A DNA stretch of 64,000 nt from Acidimicrobiia bacterium (GCA_041744375.1 JBGTLA010000130.1:11443-75442), one strand, 5' to 3'. Positions 48,660-59,296 are shown, counted from the stretch's first letter. Numbers and translations: made by a program. The notes: generated from the letters alone by a model not told the origin.

Positions 48660-49427
48660 TCAGCCCAGCGCCCGACGCAAGAACGCCGCCATCTGGCCCC
48701 GGGTCACAGGATCGTCGGGACAGAACCGGTCGTTGACCGGAGGATTGCAGCCCCGGGTCACCCCGGCGGTTCCAAGCCGATCGATGTCCTCTTCGAACAC
48801 CGAGTCGTCGTCGTCGACGAACAAGTCACCTCCCCCGGCATCGCTGTAACCCAGGGCGCGGGTCAAAAAGGCCGCCATCTGGCCTCGGGTCACAGGGTCG
48901 TCGGGACAGAACCGGTCGTTGACCGGTGGGTTGCAGCCCCGGGTCACTCCCGAGGCGGCCAGCCACTCGATGTCCTCTTCGAACACCGACCCGTCGTCGT
49001 CCACGAAAGTCCCCGAGTCGCTGGGGGCGGTGGTGGTGGTCGACGTGGATCCCCCCGGGGTCGAAGTCGAGGTGGTGGAGGGGTCCCCACCGGGGTCGAT
49101 CTCACAGGTCGTGGTGGTGGCGGTGCAGGGCTGCCACACCACCCCGGCTCCCGAGTGGATCCCAAAGGTCTGATAGGCCATGCCGAAGTCGGTCAGCGGC
49201 CCGATCTCGCCGGAGCCGTCGGCGTTCATCACGTACAGATCTGTCGAGTCGTGTTCGCTGACAATCACCCCGTCGACACAGCTCTGATAGCCGCCGCTAG
49301 AGAAAGCGACTTTGCTGCCATCGGGCGAGAACACGGGCTGGGACTCGTTGCGGTTGTTGACGCCGCGGGTGTTGGTCAGGTTGGTGACCCCGGAACCGTC
49401 GACGTTCACCACGAGGATGTCGGCCAC
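48660..49427 (-). pseudogene. 5'-truncated surface protein: TolB/PD40-like repeats, Thr/Ser linker and two SLH-like repeats
   Basis: PVFSPDGSKVAFSS and LYVMNADGS segments, then two copies of FVDDDxSVFEEDI...GVTRGCNPPVNDRFCPDDPVTRGQMAAFL. No signal peptide; upstream part of the ORF is an alternate frame of the glucan synthase end. Confidence 0.7.
48685..49010. repeat. Intragenic direct repeat with 186-bp period encoding the two SLH-like units
   Basis: GCCGCCATCTGGCC(C/T)CGGGTCACAGG(A/G)TCGTCGGGACAGAACCGGTCGTTGACCGG at 48685 and 48871. Confidence 0.85.
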
Positions 49428-49507
49428 GGTCTCATTCCAGGGGGAAGCGAGTCTCGGCGAGGTCTCGGTCCGGCGACTGGTAGCCGAGCTACAACTCTTG
49501 GAGTTCC

Positions 49508-52500
49508 CTATCCGAGGACAACCTCGACGTGGTGGGTGGCGCCATCGTCGACGAGGTCGATATCGGATCCGGCGGGTTGGGTCCTGTCGTCCACCGTCAA
49601 CCGGACAACACCCTTGGTGGCGCCGTCGGGATTGTGAACCCGGACCTCGTAGAGCGACGAGTGGTAGCGGAAGGTGATCGAGAATTCTCGCCAGGCGCGG
49701 GGAATGCAGGGATCCACCGCGAGACGCGTGCCACGCAGATGGAAGCCAAGGATCCACTCCACCCCGGCCCGATACATCCACCCCGCCGATCCGGTGTACC
49801 AGGTCCAGCCCCCCCGCCCGACGTGGGGCGGCTCGGAGTAGACGTCGGCCGCAACCACGTATGGCTCGACCCGGTATCGGTGGACTCCTGCCCTCGTGCT
49901 GGCGTGGTTGATCGGGTTGAGGAGCCCGAACAGCTCGCCGGCCCGGTCACCGTCACCCAGAGTGGCGAAGGCGATGACGGACCAGATGGCGGCGTGGGTG
50001 TATTGACCCCCGTTCTCGCGCACGCCCGGCAGATAGCCCTTGATATAGCCCGGATCGACCTCCCACTTGTCGAACGGCGGGGTGAAGAGCAATACCAGGC
50101 CATCCCCCGGGTGGACCAGGTATTCCTGCACCGAGGCCATCGCCCGTTGGGCGCGCTGCTGTCGGGCGCCACCGTGGATGACCGACCAGGACTGGGCGAT
50201 CGAGTCGATCCGGCACTCCTCACTGTCCGACGATCCGAGCGGGGTCCCGTCGTCGAAGAAGGCGCGGCGGTACCAGTCGCCGTCCCATGCCTCCGCTTCG
50301 AGATTGTTCCTCAGCTCCTCCGCGGCGTTGCGCCAGGCCACCGCCAGGTTCGACCGGTCCAGCTTGTCGGCGATGTCGGCGAACCGTCTCAGGTTTGCAT
50401 CGAGGAACCAGCCCAGCCAGACGCTCTCACCTCGCCCTTCTCGCCCCACCCGGTTCATGCCGTCGTTCCAGTCTCCCGTGCCGATCAGCGGGAGGCCGCG
50501 CTCCCCCATCCGAGACACGGCTCGCTCCAGCGCCCGCCGGCAGTGGTCGAACACGGTCCCCTGCACTTCCGATGTCTGCGGGGCGATGTAGGCCTCGTCC
50601 TCGTGGGGTTCGAGCTGGGGTCCTCGGAGATAGGGCACATCCACCGCCAGGAGTTCCTCGTCGCCGGTCACCTCGACATAGTGGGCGACGGCGTACGGGA
50701 GCCACAGGTAGTCATCGGAAATCCTGGTTCGCACCCCCTTGCCAGAGGGTTCATGCCACCAGTGGAGCACGTCGCCCTCCATGAACTGGTGGGCGGCGGC
50801 CCGAAGCAGATGCTCACGGGCCATCTTGCGCATCGGAACCACCAACGCCATCACGTCCTGGAGTTGGTCACGGAAGCCGTAGGCGCCGCCGGCCTGGTAG
50901 AAGGCCGACCGGGCCAGCACCCGACAGGCCAGGGTCTGGTAGAGAAGCCAGTGGTTGATCATGAAGTCGAACGAGCGGTCCGGGGTCTTGACGCGCACGG
51001 TCCCCAGCACATCTCTCCAGTTCGTGGCCACCTCGGACCCGATCGCCTCTGCCTCAGCCCGGCGATAGCGCTCGACGAGCGTCCGTGCCTCGCTGGCGTC
51101 AGCGCCCTGGCCCAACAGGAATCGCATCTCGATCTCCTCGTCGGCCGCCAGGACGATTCGCCGTTGGAGGGCGGCGCACGGATCGACCCCCATCCCGACG
51201 CGACCCGACAGTCCCGACGTCCGGTGCAGGGCAGCCGGATAGTCGACACTGCCGTGCCGACCGAGGAACTCGGTCCGGTCGGTAGTCACCGTGACCTCGC
51301 CGGCTCCCAGGTCGGCGAACGCCACCCTTTCGCCGAAATCCCCGTTCCAGGGGTTGCGGGCGAGGAGGGCACCCGTTGCCTCGTCCCGTCCCGTGATGAT
51401 CTGCCTCGCCGGGGCGGCCCGGGTGACTCCCAGTACCCACTCGACGTAGGCGGTGACCGACAGCCTTCGTCGCCGGCCGCTCACGTTCCGTATGCGGAGG
51501 CGGGAAACCTTGACCGGATCGTCGAGTGGCACCGTCTGATGGAGTCGCAGCGAGATCCCTCGGGTGGTGTGCTCGAACTCAGAGAACCCGGGACCGTGAC
51601 GCGCCACGTAGAAGTCCTGGTCCCGAATCGGGAGGGCGGTGGGTCCCCACAATTCCCCACTGTCTTCGTCCCGAATGTAGAGGACCTCGCCAGGAGGGTC
51701 GGCAACGGCGTCGTTGGACCAGGGAGTGAGCTGGTTCTCCCGGCTGTTCTCCGACCAGCTGAACCCGGACCCCGACTCCGACACACAGAAGCCGAACCGG
51801 GAATTGGCGACCACGTTGATCCACGGGGCCGGAGACCACTGCTCCTCTCCCAACACCACGACGTACTCGGTCCCGTCGGCGGCGAAGCCGCCGAGTCCGT
51901 TGGGAAACTCGAGCTCGAGCCTGGGAGAAGTCGCCGCCGGGTGGGCAGGGGTCGCCGTGGGCTTCTCTCCGCCTGCGGACGGCTCGGCGGTAGGTCGCCG
52001 GGCGATCTGGTCGGCCAGCGTCCCGTGATGGCTCAGCAGGACCGCCCGGGCCGAGAATTGGAGGACGGCACGGTCGTCGTCGGAGAGCACAGGCCCGTCG
52101 AGCACGAACACTCCTCCTTGGGGCGCCGGGCCCGGCTGGCGCCCTTGCTCACGGACCAGGCTGTCGATGGCGTCTCGTAGGTCCTGGGCGTAGGAGCCCG
52201 GCTTCTCGTTGATGACCACCAGGTCGGCGTATAGGCCTTTGCTCTGCCAGTACTCCTGGGCCCTGAGCAGGTCTCGTACGAGTCCCCGCTCTTCGGGCTG
52301 GTCGATCCGGGCGAGGACGATCGGAATGTCACCGGAGATTCCATGTTGCCAGAGCCCGGCCTGGCCCATCGAGGGGGCGGCGTGGCGGGTCGAATTCGCC
52401 TGGACGGGATCGGAGTAGATCAGGCCGGCTGCCAGTTGCTGGAAGATATGGGCGTTTTCGGGTTCGATCCTAAGGTGATGCAGGCGGACCTGGGCCTGGG

Positions 52501-55500
52501 TCCAGGCCAGGGTCAGGGTCCTGTAGAAGGATGCGGTGTCGGAGTACTTGTCTATCAAGTCGAGCGCTTCGGCCCGGGTCTCGGCAACGACCGTGGTGAA
52601 GTCGAGGTGGGCGGTGCCCCCCGGCGGTATCCGCACCTTCCGGCGCAGGCTGAAGATCGGGTCGAGCACCAGTCCCACCGAGTTCGAGAGGGGACGACTC
52701 AGCGCCGCCGCCCGACGCAACGGGTTGCCCCGGCCGAGGAAGCGCGCCCGATCGGTCGCGTACTGTGCTCCACCCACCAGCTCACCGGTTACCGCCAGGA
52801 CATGCCCGGCCCAGACCGCTTGTTCTTCCACCGAACGAGGGCGTCGGGTGGCAAGGAGGGCATCGCGACCCTCCACCTGTTCGGTCTGCACGAACAGATT
52901 CGAGAAGGCGGGGTGAGCCGAATCGACCCCGGGCGGGGCGAGCACCAGTTCGGCATAGGACGTCACCTCGATCTCCCTTGCCGACGAACCCGTGTTGGTG
53001 AGGCTCACCCGGCGGACCTCGGCGTCGTCCTCTTCTGACATGACGACCGTGAGCAAGGTCGAGATGCTTCCGTCTCGGCGCGAGATCTCCACCTTGTCTT
53101 CGCTGAACGACGCCTCATAGGCGCTCGGCTCCACCCCGGTGGGCTGGTAACCCGCCGACCAGGTACGACCGGACGCAGTCCTGATAAAGATGTAGGTGCC
53201 GAAGTTGTCGAGGGTGGTGTCCTCGCGCCACCGGTTGACCGCCAACCCACGCCAGCGGCTGTAACCGGATCCGGCGGCCGTAATGACGGTGCTGAAATCG
53301 CCGTTGGAGAGAAGATGGACGACGGGCATGGGACTGTGCGGCGACCCCACCCTGCGAACCACCCCCTTGGCCTCGGCCACTGGCCGGGCCGCCTCGGTTA
53401 CCTCCTCGGCGCGCGGACGCGCCACCTCGACGTCACGGGGGACCCGCTCGTGCAAAAGGAGCTCCGCCGCCTGCACCGACGGCTCGCTGTGGAAGAGGCG
53501 CCGGGCAAACCCGTCGAAGACGACGTTGGCCACCGCCACGAGGGACATCGCCTGGTGGTGGGCCATGTAGGCCTGCACCAGCACGGTCCCGCCGGTGTTC
53601 GGACTACGGGCCGGGGTGAAGTCGAGCGCCTCGTAGTAGCCGTATGTGCCTGCTGCCCCCAGCTCGGTCAACCGGGTCAGGTTGGCCACCGCCTCGTGCG
53701 TGTCGATCATCGCCGCCAGCACGGTGGCGTAGGGGGCGATCACGAGGTCTTCGCTCAGACCCCGCTCGAATCCGAGCCCCGGCACCCCAAACGCCCGGTA
53801 CTGATAGGTCAAGCTCACGTCGCGCGCGGAGTAGGCGGCCTCCGAAATCCCCCACGGGACCTGCCGCTCCTTCCCGTAGGCGATCTGACGCTCCACCACC
53901 GCCCGATAGGTGGTGTCGAGGACGCTCTCTGGGGGTGACCGCATCACGAGCAGCGGCATCAGGTACTCGAACATCGAGCCCGACCACGAGATCAGCGCCG
54001 CCTCGGTGCCCATCGGAGTCATGGAGCGGCCGAGGCGGAACCAGTGGCTGGGGGGCAGATCACCCTTGGCGATGCCGACGAAGCTGGCCAACCTCGCCTC
54101 TGACGCCAGCAAGTCGTAATGACTCTGGTCGAGGGCGGATTCAGGCTCCCGATATCCGACCGCGAGCAACTTGTTCTCCGGATTCATCAGGAACGAGAAG
54201 TCCATGGCTGCCACCATGGCGGCGGTGCCTTCGACCAGATCCGCCCTGCGCCGGTCCAGTTGCCGGCTCTGTTCCGGGTCGGAGGACACGACCCGGTCGG
54301 CCCGATGGCTCTCGATGGTGGCCATGAGCGCCTCCGCCCAATAGCCCAACTCCTCGTCGTCGGAGCCGATGGCCAGGGTGCGGGCTATGTCGGCCACAGT
54401 CTCGGCTTTCCGGTCGACCGCTCCCAGGCCGTCGGACCAATCGGTTGCGGCCGTTTCGGCCAGCGAAGCGAGCAAGTCGGTGAGGGCGGTGTCCAGGTCG
54501 CGAGGAGACACGAACTCCACCGGGGGGCTCGGCGTCAGCCGGTCTGCAGCCTCGCGAATCAACAGGACAGTGTCCCGGATGGCGGATATCACCTCCGGTC
54601 CCGACGCCTGTGCCGGGAGCCGGGCACATCCTTGGGACACGGCCAGGAGGTGGCCGGCCAGGTTGCCGCTGTCCACCGTCGATACGTAGCGGGGAGCCAG
54701 AGGCTCCAGGGAGACGGTGTCGTACCAGTTGAAGAGGTGACCCTGGAATTGATCCATGCGGCTGAGGGCGGAGAATGTGGCCTCGAGCCGGGATACCGCC
54801 TCTCCCATGCCGATCCACCCGAACTCCCGGGCCGACAGCACCGTCAACAGATAGAGGCCGATGTTGGTGGGCGAGGTGCGGTGGGCGACGACGCCGAGGT
54901 CCTCCTGGTAGTTGTCGGGCGGCAGCCAGTTGTCGTCCTCGGTCACGAAGCGCTCGAAATACCGCCAGGTCCTCCGGGCGGCCATTCGTAGCATCTGGTG
55001 CTCTTCGACGGTCGGCGGGTCAGACACCCGGACTGCTCGTGGGATGCTCGCCCAGTGGGCGACATAGGGGGCCGCCACCCACAACACCGACCACGTCCAG
55101 GCCACAAGGAATGCGCCGGATCTGGTGACGGCTGCGGCGGCGGTGATGGCCAGTCCCACCGCCATCGATGGCGCCATGCGACGGATGAAATCGGCGCGGG
55201 CGAGCCCGAACTTTCTCTCAGCCTCCTCCGCCGTGACCCAGTTGAGCAGGTGTCGCCGCGACACTGCCAGCCGCCAAAGCGTCACGACGATGGCCTCGGT
55301 GGTCCGAACGGCATCGTAGGCCAGGAAGGCTGCCTGCATACCGAAACGACCGAGAGTCCGGGCGGCGTCGATCCACCACCGTCGGAGCCGCACCGCCCCC
55401 GGCGTGTTTGTGCGGCGCGGGATCATCCGCTCGAGCAGGGGAAGCAGCGCGGGGAGGATCATCGAGACGACGATGAAGATGGTCCACGGCCACAGGGGAA

Positions 55501-57934
55501 CCGGAGGCAGGAGAAAGGAGGCGATCAGTGTGAAGAGGGCGGCCGGGCCGCTGAGGCTGCGGCGGAGATTGTCCACCATCTTGAACCGGGCGAGAGGAGG
55601 GAGGGGGCCGTGCAAACCCAGGATCCAGGGAAGCAGCTGCCAGTCGCCCCTGACCCAGCGAAGCGTCCGGGTCAGCGCAACCTCATAATGGCTCGGGAAC
55701 TCCTCGAACACTTCGATGTTGGTCACCAAACCCGCCCGGGCGAACGAACCCTCGAACAGGTCGTGGCTGAGAAGTGTGTTGTCGGGAACCCGACCTTCCA
55801 GGGCGGCCTCGAAGGCGTCGATCTCATAGATCCCCTTGCCGGCATAGGAACCCTCGCCGAAGAGGTCCTGATAGACGTCGCTGACCGCCGCCGCGTAGGG
55901 ATCGATCCCCGCCGGCGGGAAAAACACCCGTTGGAAGAAGCTGGTTCCGCCCGCCCCCAGGAAGGCGGTCACCCGCGGTTGGAGGACCCCGTACCCCGCC
56001 ACCACCCGTCCGAGCGGGTCGTCGACCCGAGCCCGATTGAGGGGATGGGCGATGGTGGCCACCAGGCTGGTGGCCGCCCCCGGGGGGAGTCTCGAGTCCT
56101 GGTCGAGGGCGATCACGTAGCGAACCCGCTCTGGGATCTGGCCATGCCAGGGGATGAAACTGGTGTCGGACGCCCCTCTGAGCAGCCGGTTGAGCTCGTG
56201 GAGCTTGCCACGCTTGCGCTCCCATCCCATGTAGCAGCCCTCGCTGGGGTTGAGCTGGCGCCGACGATGCAGGAGCAGGAAGCGATCGGCCCCTCCCGGT
56301 CCCGGGCCGTGTCTCGCATTGAGCCGATCGATGGCGCGGACGGCGGTCTCAAGCAGCTCGGCGTCGTCGGGCCCTGAGGGCGCCTGGGAGTCACGCCAGT
56401 CGCTCAGCAGCACGAAATGGAACTCCCCCTCGGGGTGGGAGAGGTAGTGGACTTCGAGCCGCTCCACGAGCTCTTCGATTTGCTCCGGTCCCGAGAACAG
56501 GGTCGGGATCGCCACCACGGTCCGATACTCCTCGGTGGGTCCATGCCGGAGGGCTAGGGAAGGGAGGTCGCGGGGACGGGCGAGGCCGGTCACGATCCGG
56601 TTGACCACGGTCATCGCCACATCGGTGGCAGGGACGAGGGCGAGGCACGCCATCAGCCACCGCCATGGCCACGCCTGCTCGATGGTGAGGAGCGGGATGG
56701 TGAGCGCCAACGCCGCCACCACCGTCAGCGACCCGACATATGCAACGGCGGCGTGTCTTCTGATGAAACGAGCCAGGACCAGCCGGGCACTCGGCCGGAA
56801 CCCTACCTCCGCTTCGAGCTGATCCCTGCCTTCGCCGAGGAGGAAGTAGCCGGGGTCGCGCTGGCGTCGATCGGCGAGTTGGGAGGCGGCCAAACTGATG
56901 GTGGCCTGAGCGATTTCGAGCTGGGGGGTGGGCGATCCCTTCGAGAGGTCCTCGATGGCGTGGCGGTAGAGGTCACGGGTGGCAAAGCTCATGTCGCCGT
57001 AGGTGCTGTCCGTGGCCAGGGCGCGGTCGACCAGGCTCACCCCCTCGACGAACTCGGCCCAGTCGAAAGAGGTGATGAGACGGAGGCTGGTCACGATGTT
57101 GCGTACGGTGACGTTGGTCGCCACCTGCCGGTGGTGGGTCTCTGCCACCACCTCGTCGGGGGTGGTTCCTTCGGCGGCGAGACGATCGAATAGCCAGCCG
57201 AGACCGGGGGTGGTGTCCGGATCTCGTTCCCGGAGGCGCTGGACCAGTTGGACGGCGAACGCCTGGGGGAGCTCTCCTGACCGGACGTTGTCGATGATCG
57301 CCTGGGCGTCGGCCGTTGACCCCCCACCGACTCCAAGCAGACTATCTGCCACGTCGTCGGCGGCCCGCCTGTGCCGGCGGGCTCCCACGATCATTTCGGC
57401 CATCCTTCGCAGGTTCTCCACCAGGACTACGCGCAAGGTGATGGGGAGTGCCCATAACTCGCCGATGGTGAGGGGGCTCACCTCCTGGTAGGCCTCCACG
57501 AAGCGGTGCAGAGCCTCGGGGTCGAAGCGACTGTCGAGGTGGGCAACGAAGGCCCAGGCGATTCCGAAGACCCGCGGATAGCCGACCAGGTGACCAGCGT
57601 CCAGCTTGGGCAGCTGGTGGTAGTAGGAGGAGGGCAGGCTCTCGCGGATCTCGTTCAGCTGGCGTTCGACCAGATGGAAGTTGTCCACCAGCCACTCCGC
57701 CGCCGGAGTGAGGAGAGCTTCCTCCCGGATGGCTTGGGCCAACTCCCGGTACGCGGCGAGGAGGACGTCGCCGTTGTCGCCCAGCCGTCGAGAGATGAGG
57801 CGCAGGCGGCCCCGCTGTGCAGTTGTCTTCTGGGCAGCGGCCAGGCTTCTGGCATGCTCCTCGAGGCGCTCGACGCTGAACAACTCCGCCCGGATAGGCT
57901 CCCGACTCTCCGCGGAGGTAGAGGACGACGACAC
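49508..57934 (-). CDS. ndvB: Cyclic beta-1,2-glucan synthase homologue (Cgs/NdvB/ChvB-like; GT84 + cyclising domain + GH94)
   Basis: 2808 aa. EWLVDNF, GWERKRGK, GKGIY, SHDLFEG, RxxRW (RTLRWVRGDWQ), LPPDNYQ, RTSPTNIG, SWSGSMFEYLMP, GFRDQLQD, GDWNDGMN and RENGGQYTH motifs. Confidence 0.92.
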   Translation of the reverse strand: MSSSSTSAESREPIRAELFSVERLEEHARSLAAAQKTTAQRGRLRLISRRLGDNGDVLLAAYRELAQAIREEALLTPAAEWLVDNFHLVERQLNEIRESLPSSYYHQLPKLDAGHLVGYPRVFGIAWAFVAHLDSRFDPEALHRFVEAYQEVSPLTIGELWALPITLRVVLVENLRRMAEMIVGARRHRRAADDVADSLLGVGGGSTADAQAIIDNVRSGELPQAFAVQLVQRLRERDPDTTPGLGWLFDRLAAEGTTPDEVVAETHHRQVATNVTVRNIVTSLRLITSFDWAEFVEGVSLVDRALATDSTYGDMSFATRDLYRHAIEDLSKGSPTPQLEIAQATISLAASQLADRRQRDPGYFLLGEGRDQLEAEVGFRPSARLVLARFIRRHAAVAYVGSLTVVAALALTIPLLTIEQAWPWRWLMACLALVPATDVAMTVVNRIVTGLARPRDLPSLALRHGPTEEYRTVVAIPTLFSGPEQIEELVERLEVHYLSHPEGEFHFVLLSDWRDSQAPSGPDDAELLETAVRAIDRLNARHGPGPGGADRFLLLHRRRQLNPSEGCYMGWERKRGKLHELNRLLRGASDTSFIPWHGQIPERVRYVIALDQDSRLPPGAATSLVATIAHPLNRARVDDPLGRVVAGYGVLQPRVTAFLGAGGTSFFQRVFFPPAGIDPYAAAVSDVYQDLFGEGSYAGKGIYEIDAFEAALEGRVPDNTLLSHDLFEGSFARAGLVTNIEVFEEFPSHYEVALTRTLRWVRGDWQLLPWILGLHGPLPPLARFKMVDNLRRSLSGPAALFTLIASFLLPPVPLWPWTIFIVVSMILPALLPLLERMIPRRTNTPGAVRLRRWWIDAARTLGRFGMQAAFLAYDAVRTTEAIVVTLWRLAVSRRHLLNWVTAEEAERKFGLARADFIRRMAPSMAVGLAITAAAAVTRSGAFLVAWTWSVLWVAAPYVAHWASIPRAVRVSDPPTVEEHQMLRMAARRTWRYFERFVTEDDNWLPPDNYQEDLGVVAHRTSPTNIGLYLLTVLSAREFGWIGMGEAVSRLEATFSALSRMDQFQGHLFNWYDTVSLEPLAPRYVSTVDSGNLAGHLLAVSQGCARLPAQASGPEVISAIRDTVLLIREAADRLTPSPPVEFVSPRDLDTALTDLLASLAETAATDWSDGLGAVDRKAETVADIARTLAIGSDDEELGYWAEALMATIESHRADRVVSSDPEQSRQLDRRRADLVEGTAAMVAAMDFSFLMNPENKLLAVGYREPESALDQSHYDLLASEARLASFVGIAKGDLPPSHWFRLGRSMTPMGTEAALISWSGSMFEYLMPLLVMRSPPESVLDTTYRAVVERQIAYGKERQVPWGISEAAYSARDVSLTYQYRAFGVPGLGFERGLSEDLVIAPYATVLAAMIDTHEAVANLTRLTELGAAGTYGYYEALDFTPARSPNTGGTVLVQAYMAHHQAMSLVAVANVVFDGFARRLFHSEPSVQAAELLLHERVPRDVEVARPRAEEVTEAARPVAEAKGVVRRVGSPHSPMPVVHLLSNGDFSTVITAAGSGYSRWRGLAVNRWREDTTLDNFGTYIFIRTASGRTWSAGYQPTGVEPSAYEASFSEDKVEISRRDGSISTLLTVVMSEEDDAEVRRVSLTNTGSSAREIEVTSYAELVLAPPGVDSAHPAFSNLFVQTEQVEGRDALLATRRPRSVEEQAVWAGHVLAVTGELVGGAQYATDRARFLGRGNPLRRAAALSRPLSNSVGLVLDPIFSLRRKVRIPPGGTAHLDFTTVVAETRAEALDLIDKYSDTASFYRTLTLAWTQAQVRLHHLRIEPENAHIFQQLAAGLIYSDPVQANSTRHAAPSMGQAGLWQHGISGDIPIVLARIDQPEERGLVRDLLRAQEYWQSKGLYADLVVINEKPGSYAQDLRDAIDSLVREQGRQPGPAPQGGVFVLDGPVLSDDDRAVLQFSARAVLLSHHGTLADQIARRPTAEPSAGGEKPTATPAHPAATSPRLELEFPNGLGGFAADGTEYVVVLGEEQWSPAPWINVVANSRFGFCVSESGSGFSWSENSRENQLTPWSNDAVADPPGEVLYIRDEDSGELWGPTALPIRDQDFYVARHGPGFSEFEHTTRGISLRLHQTVPLDDPVKVSRLRIRNVSGRRRRLSVTAYVEWVLGVTRAAPARQIITGRDEATGALLARNPWNGDFGERVAFADLGAGEVTVTTDRTEFLGRHGSVDYPAALHRTSGLSGRVGMGVDPCAALQRRIVLAADEEIEMRFLLGQGADASEARTLVERYRRAEAEAIGSEVATNWRDVLGTVRVKTPDRSFDFMINHWLLYQTLACRVLARSAFYQAGGAYGFRDQLQDVMALVVPMRKMAREHLLRAAAHQFMEGDVLHWWHEPSGKGVRTRISDDYLWLPYAVAHYVEVTGDEELLAVDVPYLRGPQLEPHEDEAYIAPQTSEVQGTVFDHCRRALERAVSRMGERGLPLIGTGDWNDGMNRVGREGRGESVWLGWFLDANLRRFADIADKLDRSNLAVAWRNAAEELRNNLEAEAWDGDWYRRAFFDDGTPLGSSDSEECRIDSIAQSWSVIHGGARQQRAQRAMASVQEYLVHPGDGLVLLFTPPFDKWEVDPGYIKGYLPGVRENGGQYTHAAIWSVIAFATLGDGDRAGELFGLLNPINHASTRAGVHRYRVEPYVVAADVYSEPPHVGRGGWTWYTGSAGWMYRAGVEWILGFHLRGTRLAVDPCIPRAWREFSITFRYHSSLYEVRVHNPDGATKGVVRLTVDDRTQPAGSDIDLVDDGATHHVEVVLG

Positions 57935-58054
57935 CGGCGCAGGATACGTTGGCCCGGCTCTCTGTCCACTTCTAGGACTCCGCTGCTGGCCCCGTCACCC
58001 ACCCGCCTGGCTAGGGTCACCATGTGCCCTTGCCAAACCCCGGAGGTCGATGCC

Positions 58055-58405
58055 GTGTCTGACGAAGTGGAGGTCGGGCCGGTCTCCGGACTACCCCCCG
58101 GAACTGTGACAGGGGCGGGCCGGTATGCGGTGGGCAACGCCGACGGTGAACTGTTTGCGGTCACTCGGCGCTGCCGCCACCTCTACGCCGATCTAGCCGG
58201 TGGCACCATCGACGAGGCTGGATGCCTGGTTTGCCCGTGGCATGGTGCGAAGTACGACGTGGGAACGGGCCGGATGGTGCGAGGGCCCCAGGGGATCTTC
58301 GCCAAGGTCCCGGGCCTCGGGACCGCATTCAAGGCCCTGACATTCGTGCTCCCGCTGGGACGGGGCCGGGTTGTCGAACGCGGCCACACCCTCTACGTCG
58401 ATTAG
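58055..58405 (+). CDS. Rieske [2Fe-2S] ferredoxin-like protein
   Basis: CRH...CPWH motif; GGAGG RBS before GTG 58055. Confidence 0.88.
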   Translation: MSDEVEVGPVSGLPPGTVTGAGRYAVGNADGELFAVTRRCRHLYADLAGGTIDEAGCLVCPWHGAKYDVGTGRMVRGPQGIFAKVPGLGTAFKALTFVLPLGRGRVVERGHTLYVD

Positions 58406-58681
58406 CACCTTGACCGCGATCGGGATCGGTCCCGAGCGTAGGCTCCACCGGCTCGTTTATGGGGCGACTCGCCTCGTCGTCGTCGCCTCGTTTGGAGAAC
58501 GGGGCCAGCATCCGTCTCGCCTCGGCGGCGGGATGCTGACTGTCATCCCGTGACCTCGAACGTCGGACGGGTCTATCCCTTGCAAGTACTAATGCTCGGC
58601 AACGAAACCGGCCTGGATCGTGAGCCTGCTGGCGTACTCAGGCAACCTCGAACCCGAGGGAGACCTGTGTTTAGTATGCGC

Positions 58682-58894
58682 ATGTCTCGCGTGAACGTAT
58701 ACCTACCCGACGATCTGGCGGCCCAGGCTAAAGAGGCCGGACTCAACATCTCGAGTCTGACCCAAGAAGCGATCCGAGCGTCGCTGGCTGCTCTCGATCT
58801 CACAGCCTGGCAGCGGCGGGTGGCCGAACTTCACCCCACGAAAGTGGATCACAGTGCCGTAATAGACGCCGTCAGGGCGCCAAGGAAGAACTAG
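58682..58894 (+). CDS. Type II antitoxin (CcdA/VapB-like)
   Basis: MSRVNVYLPDDLAAQAKEAGLNISSLTQEAI ribbon-helix-helix-like pattern; immediately upstream of a PIN toxin. Confidence 0.82.
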   Translation: MSRVNVYLPDDLAAQAKEAGLNISSLTQEAIRASLAALDLTAWQRRVAELHPTKVDHSAVIDAVRAPRKN

Positions 58895-58897
58895 AAG

Positions 58898-59296
58898 GTG
58901 CCTGAGAGAGTCGTCATAGATGCGTCCGCAATGGTGGACTATCTAGTCGATTCACCACTCGCGGGCCTGGTCGCCGACCGCATCAAGGACTCAGAGGTGA
59001 ACGTACCGGCCCACTTCGATGCCGAGGTACTCTCCGCCCTCGGACGTCTGCAACGTGGCGGAGACCTCACCGAGAACGAGGTGGAACAACGAGTCGACCT
59101 GACCGCGCAAGCGCCCTTCCAGCGCCACCTCCTGGCCCCCCTGCTGACCGGTGCCTGGGCGCTTCACCACAACGTTCGCTTGGCCGACGCCCTCTACATC
59201 GAACTCGCGGACCAGCTAGACGCCACCATCGTCACCACCGATTCCGCGATGGCATCAGGCACGACCGGCGCCGACTACCTCGAATTCCAATCGTGA
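58898..59296 (+). CDS. vapC: VapC-family PIN domain toxin
   Basis: VVIDASA, E in FDAEVLSAL, DALYIELA and IVTTD acidic PIN residues. Confidence 0.9.
   Translation: MPERVVIDASAMVDYLVDSPLAGLVADRIKDSEVNVPAHFDAEVLSALGRLQRGGDLTENEVEQRVDLTAQAPFQRHLLAPLLTGAWALHHNVRLADALYIELADQLDATIVTTDSAMASGTTGADYLEFQS

Noticed and set aside
48685-49010. Direct repeats as a possible CRISPR or mobile repeat
   Set aside because: Only two in-frame copies encoding SLH-like domains; no spacers and no cas genes.
49529-56377. Long plus-strand ORFs (883 aa, 459 aa and others) antisense to the glucan synthase
   Set aside because: Shadow ORFs of GC-rich codon usage; no motifs.
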